Assembly: GCA_934098525.1 (NCBI GenBank)
Contig: CAKONZ010000002.1
Coordinates: 53,442 to 117,441 of the forward strand
Reading direction: 5' to 3'
Source of the DNA: an uncultured Bacilli bacterium
GTDB lineage: Bacteria > Bacillota_I > Bacilli_A > RF39 > UBA660
DNA length: 64,000 bases
Position numbers and translations under genes: made by a program. The notes beneath the pieces are model-generated. The model saw only the letters and a program-made list of their open reading frames with translations. It did not search any database and had not been told where the DNA came from. Positions 48,716 to 58,351 of the stretch are shown one piece after another (the first letter of the stretch is position 1; each line of letters begins with the position of its first letter).

Positions 48716-50506
48716 CTAAAGTCCTCCGCCACTACCAAATGAATCTAACTCTTCTTGAGATAAAATAACAGACATTCTCATTCTTCTAGAACCACAAACA
48801 AACAATGCTTCTCCTTGAGAATATTTCTTTATACTTTCCTTTTCATTATCATTTAAATCAATAAGTAAAGACAAATCTTCAACAGCTTGTTTCTTTAATC
48901 CCATAACTAAATAATAAGCAGCATTATCAAATATTGCCTTACCTTGAGTAATAACAGCTTGTGGTGTAAAATCACTAGGTTGTTGAGTAATAATTATATT
49001 ACCTGTATTATACTTACGACTTCTTCTTTGAATTTGAGCCAAGAAATCAGCTCCTAAAACATTACCACCAGATAATAATACATGAGCTTCATCAACCATC
49101 ATAACTGTATTAATAGAAGAATCCAAACACAAACTCCATGCATATTTCAAAATATTAAAGAACAATGCATTACGAACATTAACATCAGCATTCATTAACT
49201 CTCTAATATTAAATACTATAAAATTACTTTTTGGAGCAATAGTAGTATGTCCATTAAAATAAAATTTCAATTCATTTGTAATAGGTCTAATCTTAAGCTC
49301 TAATCTCTCTAAAATATCTCTTTCATGTGACATTTCTGGACTAGCCATAAGTTTTCCTTTAATAGTAGCATAAACATCATCAAAAGTAGGATAATTCTCT
49401 GATTTATAATTAGAAAAATCTGTATTAAAATCAATACCAAATCTACGATAAGTATCTTGAACTAACTCAATAAAAACATTAAGAACATCCTCTTCTATAG
49501 ATGGATCATAATATTTCATAAATGCTTTTAAAAATTGTAAAGTCTTAGTAAGAACAGTATATCCTAACCCTTGTTTAACTTCATCTTCATCAGCATCAAT
49601 TAATACTTCAAGTGGATTAATTAAACCAAACTCTCCACCTTTACCTAAATCAATATTATCTCCGCCAAATAAATCAGTCATATATTTCAATTCATTTTCA
49701 GGGTCAATTGCAACAACTTTATAACCATTTCTTAAAGCAGATCTCAACATTAACTTAGCAGCAGTAGATTTACCACTACCAGAAGTACCTAATATAATCA
49801 TATTAGCATTATTTCTATTATGTTCTTTTCTTATTTGATATAAAAACTGATTAAATAAAACAACTCCTCCAGAAAAATCAATACCCATTAATGTAGAAGG
49901 ACCTGGATCTTTAATAGTATCAAATATAAAAGGATACATACCAGCCATAGTAGGAGAAGGCATAATTGTACCAACTCTTTCCTCTACATCTTGTTTAGGG
50001 AAAATAGGTAAAATTGATTTTAATACTTTTTCTTGTTCAAACTTAATTGGAACAGCCCTAAGTAACTTAGCATCCAAATAGTTTTTAACTTGTAGTCTCT
50101 TTACCTCTAATTCTTCTTTTGTATCAGCAGTAAGTACTAAGTGCATTTGAAAATCAAAAGTCTTAGCATTATTAGCCGCTAATTGTTGAATATATTCTTC
50201 TAAAGTCTCATAGTCCTGTCTAATTCTTTCCTGTGCAGTAGCATCTTTTTCTTCACTATATCTTTCCTTTAAATCAGCAAGTTGTTTATTTAATAACTTA
50301 CTAAGAGTTTGAAAAGGAACAGGAATATGTTTAATAACAACCTTAACACCAGGCATACTAGTAAGATCAGATAAAAAACCAACCTCTACAGATCTAGGAT
50401 AAGAAATAGCAGTCAATATTGTCATATACTTATCAGCAACTCTAATAGTATCAGGAGTAAACTCTAATCCTTTTGGAGCAACTTCAGACTTAATAGCGCT
50501 TCTCAT
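48716..50506 (-). CDS. VirB4-family T4SS ATPase (TrsE/TcpF/Orf16-like), lacking the extreme N-terminal region
   Basis: Walker A ILGTSGSGKST and Walker B MMVDEAH. The upstream MAGMYPF segment is typical of VirB4 N-domains. Start ATG overlaps the upstream ORF stop as TAATG. Confidence 0.8.
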   Translation of the reverse strand: MRSAIKSEVAPKGLEFTPDTIRVADKYMTILTAISYPRSVEVGFLSDLTSMPGVKVVIKHIPVPFQTLSKLLNKQLADLKERYSEEKDATAQERIRQDYETLEEYIQQLAANNAKTFDFQMHLVLTADTKEELEVKRLQVKNYLDAKLLRAVPIKFEQEKVLKSILPIFPKQDVEERVGTIMPSPTMAGMYPFIFDTIKDPGPSTLMGIDFSGGVVLFNQFLYQIRKEHNRNNANMIILGTSGSGKSTAAKLMLRSALRNGYKVVAIDPENELKYMTDLFGGDNIDLGKGGEFGLINPLEVLIDADEDEVKQGLGYTVLTKTLQFLKAFMKYYDPSIEEDVLNVFIELVQDTYRRFGIDFNTDFSNYKSENYPTFDDVYATIKGKLMASPEMSHERDILERLELKIRPITNELKFYFNGHTTIAPKSNFIVFNIRELMNADVNVRNALFFNILKYAWSLCLDSSINTVMMVDEAHVLLSGGNVLGADFLAQIQRRSRKYNTGNIIITQQPSDFTPQAVITQGKAIFDNAAYYLVMGLKKQAVEDLSLLIDLNDNEKESIKKYSQGEALFVCGSRRMRMSVILSQEELDSFGSGGGL

Positions 50507-51249
50507 TATATAATCACACTCCCTGCCTCATATTTTCTTCCCCCATTTAATAAATTATCCAAAATGGTTCTCAAATCATCATCACTTGTTTGACTACAAG
50601 TAAGATCACAACTACTAATACCATTAATTAAATTTCTAAGTTTCTTTTGTAAGATATCAAGTTTCTTTTCTTTAAATAAAATATAATATTCAATATCTGA
50701 AACCTGATTATTAACAAATATATCACCCTTATTCATATCCTGAGCTATTATCTTTCTAAGTCTAGGATCATTAGTTTTATTAAATAATATTTGCATCTCA
50801 GCTTGATACATAGAAATATCAACTGGTCTATCTGCTATCATAAGCCAAAACTCAAAATCAATAGTATTATAAAAATTCATAAGACCAAAAATTATATTAT
50901 CAGCTTGAAATTGTTCAAGAATGAAAATATTTTTAGGTTGAATTTTTACACCAGTTACCATATACCCATCTTTAGTATAAATAATATTATTTTTAATTGT
51001 CTTTAAATTAAGCCAATTTTCAGTATACCTAGGATTACTTATAGCAGCCTTAGATAACTTCTTACCTCCTGACATTTTAGTAGACATTCCTGACTGTACC
51101 CTCATTCCAGGAGTCATTGCATTATTCATAGTTTGTATAGTTTGAGTATTCTGCATATTTGTTTGATTATTACTTTGATTATTACTAAAATTAGAAATTC
51201 CTTGGGAACCCTGATCTTGGTAATTCATCTGATTCTGTTGGTTGTTCAT
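50506..51249 (-). CDS. hypothetical protein with Q/N-rich N-terminus. Possibly the detached N-terminal domain of VirB4
   Basis: 247 aa. The first approximately 60 residues are low-complexity Q/N/S. The remainder is globular. Translationally coupled to the VirB4 ORF. Combined length (843 aa) equals a typical Gram-positive VirB4. Confidence 0.4.
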   Translation of the reverse strand: MNNQQNQMNYQDQGSQGISNFSNNQSNNQTNMQNTQTIQTMNNAMTPGMRVQSGMSTKMSGGKKLSKAAISNPRYTENWLNLKTIKNNIIYTKDGYMVTGVKIQPKNIFILEQFQADNIIFGLMNFYNTIDFEFWLMIADRPVDISMYQAEMQILFNKTNDPRLRKIIAQDMNKGDIFVNNQVSDIEYYILFKEKKLDILQKKLRNLINGISSCDLTCSQTSDDDLRTILDNLLNGGRKYEAGSVII

Positions 51250-51550
51250 ATTGATAACACCATCCTCTCCAATAATATCTTCTTATATCTTTAAAATAAA
51301 ATCTAAAGATTGTTACTAACAAATACCTACAATTGTGATAATTAGGTATTGGAAACACCAAGAACACCCCTATTAAAAAAGGTAAAAGAGCAAGAATTGC
51401 AATCACTATATTAGTAATTGGAAAGCTCATAAACAGTACAAACGAAATCAATATAGCTATAGAAACCAATATCAAATCAGGTAGTCTCATAAAGCCAAAT
51501 ATTAACCCTTGTTTCTTACTATTTGAAGGAATTATATAATTACCATTCAT
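51191..51550 (-). CDS. small two-TM membrane protein, VirB3-like candidate
   Basis: 119 aa with two hydrophobic helices, positioned immediately upstream of VirB4 as in Tn916 orf17, ICEBs1 conC and pCW3 tcpE. Confidence 0.4.
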   Translation of the reverse strand: MNGNYIIPSNSKKQGLIFGFMRLPDLILVSIAILISFVLFMSFPITNIVIAILALLPFLIGVFLVFPIPNYHNCRYLLVTIFRFYFKDIRRYYWRGWCYQYEQPTESDELPRSGFPRNF

Positions 51551-51579
51551 ATTTAATCATCCCCTTTTTATAAACATAA

Positions 51580-54018
51580 TTAGTTATTTTTAGTTTTATT
51601 TCTATATTCGTCCATTTTTTGTGCAGCAATAAATTCAGCACTATTTTTTGTTATATCTCTATGTAAAACAACATCATCACCTAACTTACTATATAAACTA
51701 GCGTCATTATTTAATTGTTTTTGCAACCAATCTTTATCTATGTTTGTTGCTTTCATTGTATATCCAGCCTTAGATAAATCCGCAGAACTAAGTAGTTTAC
51801 CATTATTATCTCTATAAACTATTGCACCATTTTCTACAGACGGATAAATTTTTTCCCCGTCCGCGTTCACATAAGCATCAACATACCACTGACCATTCGC
51901 ACCAGCTTTCCATGTATCATCCTTAAAGTCTAATTCAATAATGCTAGCCAAATTATCAGAACTAAACAATCCTGAAGTATCCATTTTAATTAAATCATCA
52001 AGACGTTTCTTTTTAGCGTTAACAACTTCGTTAGTACCAGAATTAATCAAATCCGTAATAGCTTGTTTTTCCAACAATTTGATAGAACTCTCTGCATCAC
52101 TTATATTTAAGCTTACATTACTGTTAACACCATTATTATTACTATCAACACCAAATTGCATATTTACATCAACAGTATCGAGACTCTTAGCACGTGCATC
52201 CGCAATATTTGAAGTTAATTGATTGAAATTTGCAGTAAGTGCCATACTTTGTAATTCCACACTACCATTTTTAGAAGCAGCAGTAATAGCATCATTGATA
52301 TCAGTCTCGACACCATTAATCTTTACCTTTGCAACACCTTCGGCCTGAAGATTTTGTAATTCATCAACAGTAAATTTTCTGGATGTAGCACGTGTTTTGC
52401 CAAGATTCTTACCTGTTATTGTTGTTTGAGTTGTTTGGTCTTTTCCAACCTCTTTTTTACCAGTGTTCGACAGATCTTCTTGTGCATTGGCTACTTCATC
52501 AATATGTTGAAGCTGTGCCTTTAATTTTTCGCCTTCTGTTGCAATACCAAAAGTAGCAGCAGCCCTATTTTTAAACATATCCTTAAGCTTTGGGCTAACA
52601 CCAGCACCAAGCAAATCTCCATAAGCACGAGATTTACTTTTTGCAGTTGAAATAGCACTACTTGCACCTTTGCCTTTCCAACCATCCTTTGCACCACTAA
52701 GACCAGCAGATAAACCACCAGAAAGTGAAGCTTTAGCAATTGCCCAATTTCTTCCTTTTTCACCTTTTTGAATATTACTAGCAGCAGCATATCCTCTTGA
52801 TACACCACCAACTGCAGCTGCTGCAACACCAGCAGTTGCAAGTCCAAAACCTTTTTTAGCCATATTAAATGATTCTTTAAATGATCCAGCACCAGAAATA
52901 CCAAAAATTTTACTTATAAAAGATGGTAAAAGTTTTGCAAAAGTCAAAATTCCTAAAATTAAAATTACACCAATATGTTTTTGAGTCAATTTATCACTGC
53001 TAGCTGTGATTATAGTTGTGGCCAGTGAAATAGAAAATAATTTCAAAAACAAATCAAAATAAACCGAAGCGAAACTTTTAAGCCATTGGTTAAATATTTT
53101 ATCTTTAGGATTCAAATAACAAATAAAAGCAATTGGAGCAATAACTCTCAAAACTATAATTTTTAAGTCTCTTACTACAATTTCTATACACATTACAAAA
53201 ATAAAGACAACAAGAGCCAAGCCAATAATAAGATTAATAACAAAGTTTAGATCATACATTTCACCAAGAGCACATACATATCCTACATAAAAGTTAACAG
53301 ACCCCATATATAATATAGCGCCACCAGCCAATCCAGGATAATATAATAAACTGCTATTTTCTTTTTTTAACTCACTATAATTATCATATTTATAACCCTT
53401 TTCATTGTCTTTGGCTTCCCTACAAACTTTTTCATCAACAACGTTATTAGCAATAAGACTTACAAGCTTTGTTGGTGCTGGCATAACAGCCGAAGAAACA
53501 AGCGACTTAGTAAAACTAACAAATTTAGTATTCAAATCAAGCAAACTAGAAAAAACACTACCCACAACAACATAACCAGGTTGCAAATTTTCATATCTAG
53601 AAGCTTTTTTATCATTAGGATTAATAGGTTCAGTTGTATAGTTAACTTTAACAAAATTTGTAATAAAACCATCTGGTCCTATAACAGCAGGTTGTATTTT
53701 ATCAATCATAAAATTATATATCGTATTAAAAGAAATAAGTAAAAGAAAGCAAACAACTATACGCGAAAGCATCTTTCCCGCTCCAGCTTGTTTATCACTA
53801 ACTTTATCAGGATCTATAACCATTTGTAGTAAAGTAATGATTATTCTAAATACCATAAATGTTCCAACCAAAATATAAGCATTTTCTACGACAGGATTAA
53901 TATTAAAAATATCAGTACCTTCAACAGCCAAACTTATTAGAACATTATATAAATAAACACCAACTTTATATACACCAGTAAGGATAAAATAGAAAGCAAT
54001 GCTAATCATAAAAACCAC
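51580..54018 (-). CDS. VirB6-like polytopic T4SS channel protein (TcpH/Orf15-like) with C-terminal soluble domain
   Basis: 812 aa. Approximately 450 aa with at least 6 TM helices, then a G/A/S-rich linker and a hydrophilic C-terminal domain. Position relative to VirB3/VirB4 matches. Confidence 0.5.
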   Translation of the reverse strand: MVFMISIAFYFILTGVYKVGVYLYNVLISLAVEGTDIFNINPVVENAYILVGTFMVFRIIITLLQMVIDPDKVSDKQAGAGKMLSRIVVCFLLLISFNTIYNFMIDKIQPAVIGPDGFITNFVKVNYTTEPINPNDKKASRYENLQPGYVVVGSVFSSLLDLNTKFVSFTKSLVSSAVMPAPTKLVSLIANNVVDEKVCREAKDNEKGYKYDNYSELKKENSSLLYYPGLAGGAILYMGSVNFYVGYVCALGEMYDLNFVINLIIGLALVVFIFVMCIEIVVRDLKIIVLRVIAPIAFICYLNPKDKIFNQWLKSFASVYFDLFLKLFSISLATTIITASSDKLTQKHIGVILILGILTFAKLLPSFISKIFGISGAGSFKESFNMAKKGFGLATAGVAAAAVGGVSRGYAAASNIQKGEKGRNWAIAKASLSGGLSAGLSGAKDGWKGKGASSAISTAKSKSRAYGDLLGAGVSPKLKDMFKNRAAATFGIATEGEKLKAQLQHIDEVANAQEDLSNTGKKEVGKDQTTQTTITGKNLGKTRATSRKFTVDELQNLQAEGVAKVKINGVETDINDAITAASKNGSVELQSMALTANFNQLTSNIADARAKSLDTVDVNMQFGVDSNNNGVNSNVSLNISDAESSIKLLEKQAITDLINSGTNEVVNAKKKRLDDLIKMDTSGLFSSDNLASIIELDFKDDTWKAGANGQWYVDAYVNADGEKIYPSVENGAIVYRDNNGKLLSSADLSKAGYTMKATNIDKDWLQKQLNNDASLYSKLGDDVVLHRDITKNSAEFIAAQKMDEYRNKTKNN

Positions 54019-54105
54019 TCCTTTTTAATAAAGATACCATTACAACATAAATTATAACAAAAAAAAAGACAAATAACAATACAATTATTTATCTTTTTAA
54101 ACTAA

Positions 54106-54447
54106 CTATTTTACAATGCCATTGTCACATTGGGCATTATTAGGATTAGTTGCACAAGTCCAACATAAATCAGAATCAAAATTTTTACCTACTAATCCAA
54201 ATGCAGCTTGAACAATTGTAACAACAAAGAAAATTACTACACCATAAATTAATCTTTTGATTAACATCTTTTGAGCAGCCTTGATTTCCTTATCTTCACC
54301 AGCCATAACAGCTTTACCTAAATCAATCATAGCCATTAAAACTATAATAATTGGAATAGCTATTTTTAAAATATTAATTACTAAACCTATTAATTTCCAT
54401 ATTGCAACTGTATCTTTACAAAAAGTAGCAGCATCTAACATATACAT
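54106..54447 (-). CDS. small Cys-rich two-TM membrane protein (VirB2/pilin-like candidate)
   Basis: Likely start MYMLDAATFCK... (RBS GAGAGG). Two TM helices, and a C-terminal tail DLCWTCATNPNNAQCDNG with four cysteines. Confidence 0.4.
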   Translation of the reverse strand: MYMLDAATFCKDTVAIWKLIGLVINILKIAIPIIIVLMAMIDLGKAVMAGEDKEIKAAQKMLIKRLIYGVVIFFVVTIVQAAFGLVGKNFDSDLCWTCATNPNNAQCDNGIVK

Positions 54448-54530
54448 ATACATAACCTCTCTCTCTACAACAATTATAAAATAGATAAATATTATTGTCA
54501 ACAATTTATTTTTACATAAACTTAAGTTTA

Positions 54531-55520
54531 CTACATATTACTTCTTCTAATCAATTTTTTTATTTCTTCTTTTAAACGATTTCCATCACTTATAGCACCA
54601 TTATATGATCCAGTATAATCAGAATCAGAATCATAAACGCCATCAAATGGTCCAGCAAATCTAACTCCATTAAATTTACAATTTGACAAATCTTTATTAT
54701 ATATTGTTTGTGGATTTATAACTACTCCTATTGCTCCAGTAAAATCAGTATTACAAATTTTTGTTGCATCAAAAGGTCCAACAAATTTAACACCACGGAA
54801 ATTACAATAGCTTAAATCTCTATTGTATACTGTTTGCGGATTTATAACTGCTCCAATTGAATTTGAAAATTTAGAACCAGAAATTTTAACTCCGTGAAAT
54901 TGTCCACTGAACTTAACATTACCGAAATTACAATTTGACAAATCTTTAAAATTGATTTTTTGTGGATTTATAACTGCCCCTCTTGAACCTGAAAAATCAC
55001 AGTTTTCAACTCTAACGTAGCCAAACGAACCAATAAATTCAACTCCAGAAAATTTACATTCAGATAAGCAATGACTTTTAATATCAAATGGAGCAATTCT
55101 AGCACCAACCGATCCTGTAAAATCAGAATTATCAATTCTTACATCATTAAATGATCCAATAAATCTAACTCCGGAAAATTTACAATGACTTAAATCTTTT
55201 TCTATTATTGTTTGTGGATTGATAGTTATTCCCTTAGTACCAGAAAAATCAACACCACGTTTTTCATAAAATGAATGACATCTAAATAATGAAAAATCTA
55301 TACCTGTAAAATCAATTTTATTTAAAAATGGTTTTATCTCCTCACAAAACTCTTTATATTGACTATCTCTACCAACATTTTTATAATCAAAAATAAGCCT
55401 ATATAGTGATCCACTTCCAATATTTAATTTATTTATTTGAACTCTTTTTCCTTCTTCTAAGTTTTTTAATTCTTCTATAAATATTTTTCTTGTTTTTTCA
55501 ATTATGTCTTGACTAATCAT
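54531..55520 (-). CDS. pentapeptide-repeat protein
   Basis: Approximately 100-aa N-terminal domain, then at least five approximately 41-aa modules of the type INPQTIYNKDLSNCKFNGVRFAGPFDGV, built from A(D/N)LxX pentapeptides. Confidence 0.8.
   Translation of the reverse strand: MISQDIIEKTRKIFIEELKNLEEGKRVQINKLNIGSGSLYRLIFDYKNVGRDSQYKEFCEEIKPFLNKIDFTGIDFSLFRCHSFYEKRGVDFSGTKGITINPQTIIEKDLSHCKFSGVRFIGSFNDVRIDNSDFTGSVGARIAPFDIKSHCLSECKFSGVEFIGSFGYVRVENCDFSGSRGAVINPQKINFKDLSNCNFGNVKFSGQFHGVKISGSKFSNSIGAVINPQTVYNRDLSYCNFRGVKFVGPFDATKICNTDFTGAIGVVINPQTIYNKDLSNCKFNGVRFAGPFDGVYDSDSDYTGSYNGAISDGNRLKEEIKKLIRRSNM
54660..55230 (-). repeat. intragenic approximately 125-bp periodic DNA repeat (pentapeptide-repeat modules)
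   Basis: Recurring AAATTTACAATTTGACAAATCTTT...TTTGTGGATTTATAACT units at about 54671, 54800, 54917 and 55166. Confidence 0.6.
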
Positions 55521-55644
55521 AATTCCCCTCCTAATTAATTGGTTATTTTACCATAAATAACCAATTTTGTAAATATTACTGTTAAATTTATTATTTATAT
55601 TTTATATTTATAAAATTTATGATATTATAACAAAGAGGTGAACA

Positions 55645-56067
55645 ATGAAAAATAAATTTATAGTTATTATAATTACTATAATTGTCATATTAGGTGGTAT
55701 TGTATTAATATTTGGTAATGATTCTGATAAATACCTACAAGAAATAACTTATAAAAAACTAGAAGAAAAAATAAAAAGTAATGAGTCATTTCCTTTGCTT
55801 ATAATGTCATCACAATGTATTCATTGTCAATCCTTCGATCCAAAATATAAAAGTGTACTAAATAAATACGAAGTAACATCATATTATATTAATTTAACAA
55901 CTTTAACAAAAGCTGAAAAAACTTCTTTATATGAATTAACACAATATGAAGGAACTCCAACAGTAGTATTCTTTAAAAATGGTAGTATGACAAAAACTAC
56001 AATCGAAGGAGATAAAGATAAAGAAGTAATTATAAGTAAATTAAAATCTTCAGGATTTATAAAATAA
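55645..56067 (+). CDS. membrane-anchored thioredoxin-fold thiol-disulfide oxidoreductase (BdbA/ResA-like)
   Basis: N-terminal TM, then thioredoxin fold with CIHC (CxxC) active site. Confidence 0.75.
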   Translation: MKNKFIVIIITIIVILGGIVLIFGNDSDKYLQEITYKKLEEKIKSNESFPLLIMSSQCIHCQSFDPKYKSVLNKYEVTSYYINLTTLTKAEKTSLYELTQYEGTPTVVFFKNGSMTKTTIEGDKDKEVIISKLKSSGFIK

Positions 56068-56101
56068 AAAATATTTAGCATTCACGCTAAATATTTTTTA
56101 T

Positions 56102-58351
56102 TTACTCATTATTTTTTTCTTTTTCTTTATCTTTTTTTAATAACTCTTCTTTTAAAAATTCTTCATCTTCATTTTTATTCAAGAAATAAATTATTAATGT
56201 ACCAAGTAGTACTATAATTATTACCTTTATAATACTACCCCAAATTATTTCATCTTTTTTAACTTCTTCTTTACTAATATCACTAACTACAATATCATCT
56301 TTTTTCAAAGTATCATCAGTATCTATATTATCTGTATCATCAATTATATTATTAGTTTTAATAATTTTATTATCATCATTATTTTTATTATCATTTTTAA
56401 CTTCTTTTTCTATTAAATCAAACGCTAATAAATCATCTATATTATTTACAGTATAAACACTACCATTTAAATTAACTTCAATATTATCTTTATTAGGTAA
56501 TCTTTTAAAAGTTAATTTTACAAGTAAAGTATTATTAGAAAATTCACCATATCCTAATAATTTCAAAGTATTATTTTCATTAACTAAATAAATATTTTTA
56601 TCTGTTTCATAAGAAACATAATCTATATTAGAAAAATTCAAATTAAACTTAATACCATTAACAACTCCTAAAGTATCTAAATATACTTCATAGTAAACAT
56701 AATTTTCATCATAAGTTTTAACAATTCTATAACTAGCATTTTCAATTTCATCTCCTAAAGTAATTAAATTTAAAATACTAGCAAGTTTAACAACATCTAA
56801 GGTATCTACTTTCTTATCATTATTTATATCTAATAAATAAGTATTATCTAAATCATTATTATTAATTTTATCAATCAATAAACTTAAATCCTCTTCATCA
56901 AGAATACCATTATTATTAATATCCCCATTTATTAATATCTTAAATACATATCCATTATCAACAGTAATAGTATTATTACTATAATCAATACTAAAATTAA
57001 TATATTGATCATTCAAATTCTTTACAAATAAATTATTATCTAAGTCATTTATATTATTTAAAACATTATATAAAATAATATTCTTTTCATTACTACCAAT
57101 ATAATAATTAGATTCATCTAATAAACCAATTTGAATATTATTAATCATTACATCATAAATACTTTTTCTAATATCATCATCTAAATTATCCAAAGCTGTT
57201 AATTTTTCTAATAATTTAATCATTTCATAACTATTATCATTAGAAATAATATTACGTATAATATCATAAACTTTTTCACTACTATAAATATTATAATAAT
57301 TATTCAAATCAACTAAATAATTATTAACAGCATCACTATCACTAGGTTTTCTTTCTAAATAATTATTAATATCATTCATCAATATATTATAAGTATCATC
57401 AAAACCAATCAATTTAATATAATTATCAATTAAATCTTGATCAATACTAATACTATTTTTAACTAAATTATCTACATTTTCATAATCATTTTTTAAACTA
57501 TCAATTCTATTTAATAAATTATTATTACTCAAATTTGAATTATTATTATAAAAACTATTTTCTACTTCAGTTAATCTACTATTAAAATCACTAATATTAT
57601 TATTAATAGTTAAAGTATCTAATACTTCAATAGATAAAATATAATTTTTTATATCACTTTTTATATTTTCTAATAAATCATAAACATTACTATCATTAAT
57701 AGTCATATTAGGAACATTTCCTAAACTAATTTCATTATTATAATAATTATCAACATCATTTTTTAAATTATCTACATCACCAATAATACTATTAAATGTA
57801 TTAATATAATTATTATAAATACCAACTAATTCATTAATCTTATCATCAACATTTATATAATCAGATATTAATACATCATTATCATGAAATATATTATTAA
57901 TAATTAAATTAATAATATTATCCTCACCTAATGTAGATATTATATTAGGATCAATAGCATCATAATCATAATTATTAATTATTAAATCTTCTGTCAAACC
58001 CAAAGAATTATAATTATTTATTAATAAAGTATTATTAGAATTTAATATAAGTCTAGTCAAATTAATAGTGTTATTATTATATACTAATGTTGCATGATTA
58101 GTATTAATATCACTAACATTTTTATAAATAGTATCAACTGCAACTTTATATGCCACACTATCTATATAATTTTGACTACCTTTCTTTTCTAAAATATCAT
58201 TATTAATATTTACTATTTTACTATCAAAATCAGCAAAATAATTTGTAAATTGTGTACTAACAGCATTAACCATCATTACTATAGGCATAAAAAAATTACA
58301 TACCAAAATCAGTAATGTAAATAATGCTATATGTCTTAAACTTTTCTTCAT
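56102..58351 (-). CDS. large N/D/I-rich surface protein with dockerin-like repeat pair and C-terminal TM anchor
   Basis: Start MKKSLRHIALFTLLILV (RBS GGGGAGGA) gives a signal peptide. DINNNGILDEEDLSLLIDKI and DINNDKKVDTLDVVKLASIL form a calcium-binding dockerin-type repeat pair. A beta-rich module and the tail-anchor IIWGSIIKVIIIVLLGTLIIYFL follow. Confidence 0.55.
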   Translation of the reverse strand: MKKSLRHIALFTLLILVCNFFMPIVMMVNAVSTQFTNYFADFDSKIVNINNDILEKKGSQNYIDSVAYKVAVDTIYKNVSDINTNHATLVYNNNTINLTRLILNSNNTLLINNYNSLGLTEDLIINNYDYDAIDPNIISTLGEDNIINLIINNIFHDNDVLISDYINVDDKINELVGIYNNYINTFNSIIGDVDNLKNDVDNYYNNEISLGNVPNMTINDSNVYDLLENIKSDIKNYILSIEVLDTLTINNNISDFNSRLTEVENSFYNNNSNLSNNNLLNRIDSLKNDYENVDNLVKNSISIDQDLIDNYIKLIGFDDTYNILMNDINNYLERKPSDSDAVNNYLVDLNNYYNIYSSEKVYDIIRNIISNDNSYEMIKLLEKLTALDNLDDDIRKSIYDVMINNIQIGLLDESNYYIGSNEKNIILYNVLNNINDLDNNLFVKNLNDQYINFSIDYSNNTITVDNGYVFKILINGDINNNGILDEEDLSLLIDKINNNDLDNTYLLDINNDKKVDTLDVVKLASILNLITLGDEIENASYRIVKTYDENYVYYEVYLDTLGVVNGIKFNLNFSNIDYVSYETDKNIYLVNENNTLKLLGYGEFSNNTLLVKLTFKRLPNKDNIEVNLNGSVYTVNNIDDLLAFDLIEKEVKNDNKNNDDNKIIKTNNIIDDTDNIDTDDTLKKDDIVVSDISKEEVKKDEIIWGSIIKVIIIVLLGTLIIYFLNKNEDEEFLKEELLKKDKEKEKNNE

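Noticed and set aside
51941-52904. ORFs 51941-52222 (+) and 52521-52904 (-) inside the VirB6-like gene. Also ORFs 39431-39691, 47324-47524, 50791-51006, 54281-54484, 55884-56081, 58386-58595, 61728-61958, 62915-63115 and 63689-63871
   Set aside because: All are nested in or antisense to longer, motif-supported genes. Their compositions (poly-L/I/N/K) are consistent with random open frames in AT-rich DNA.
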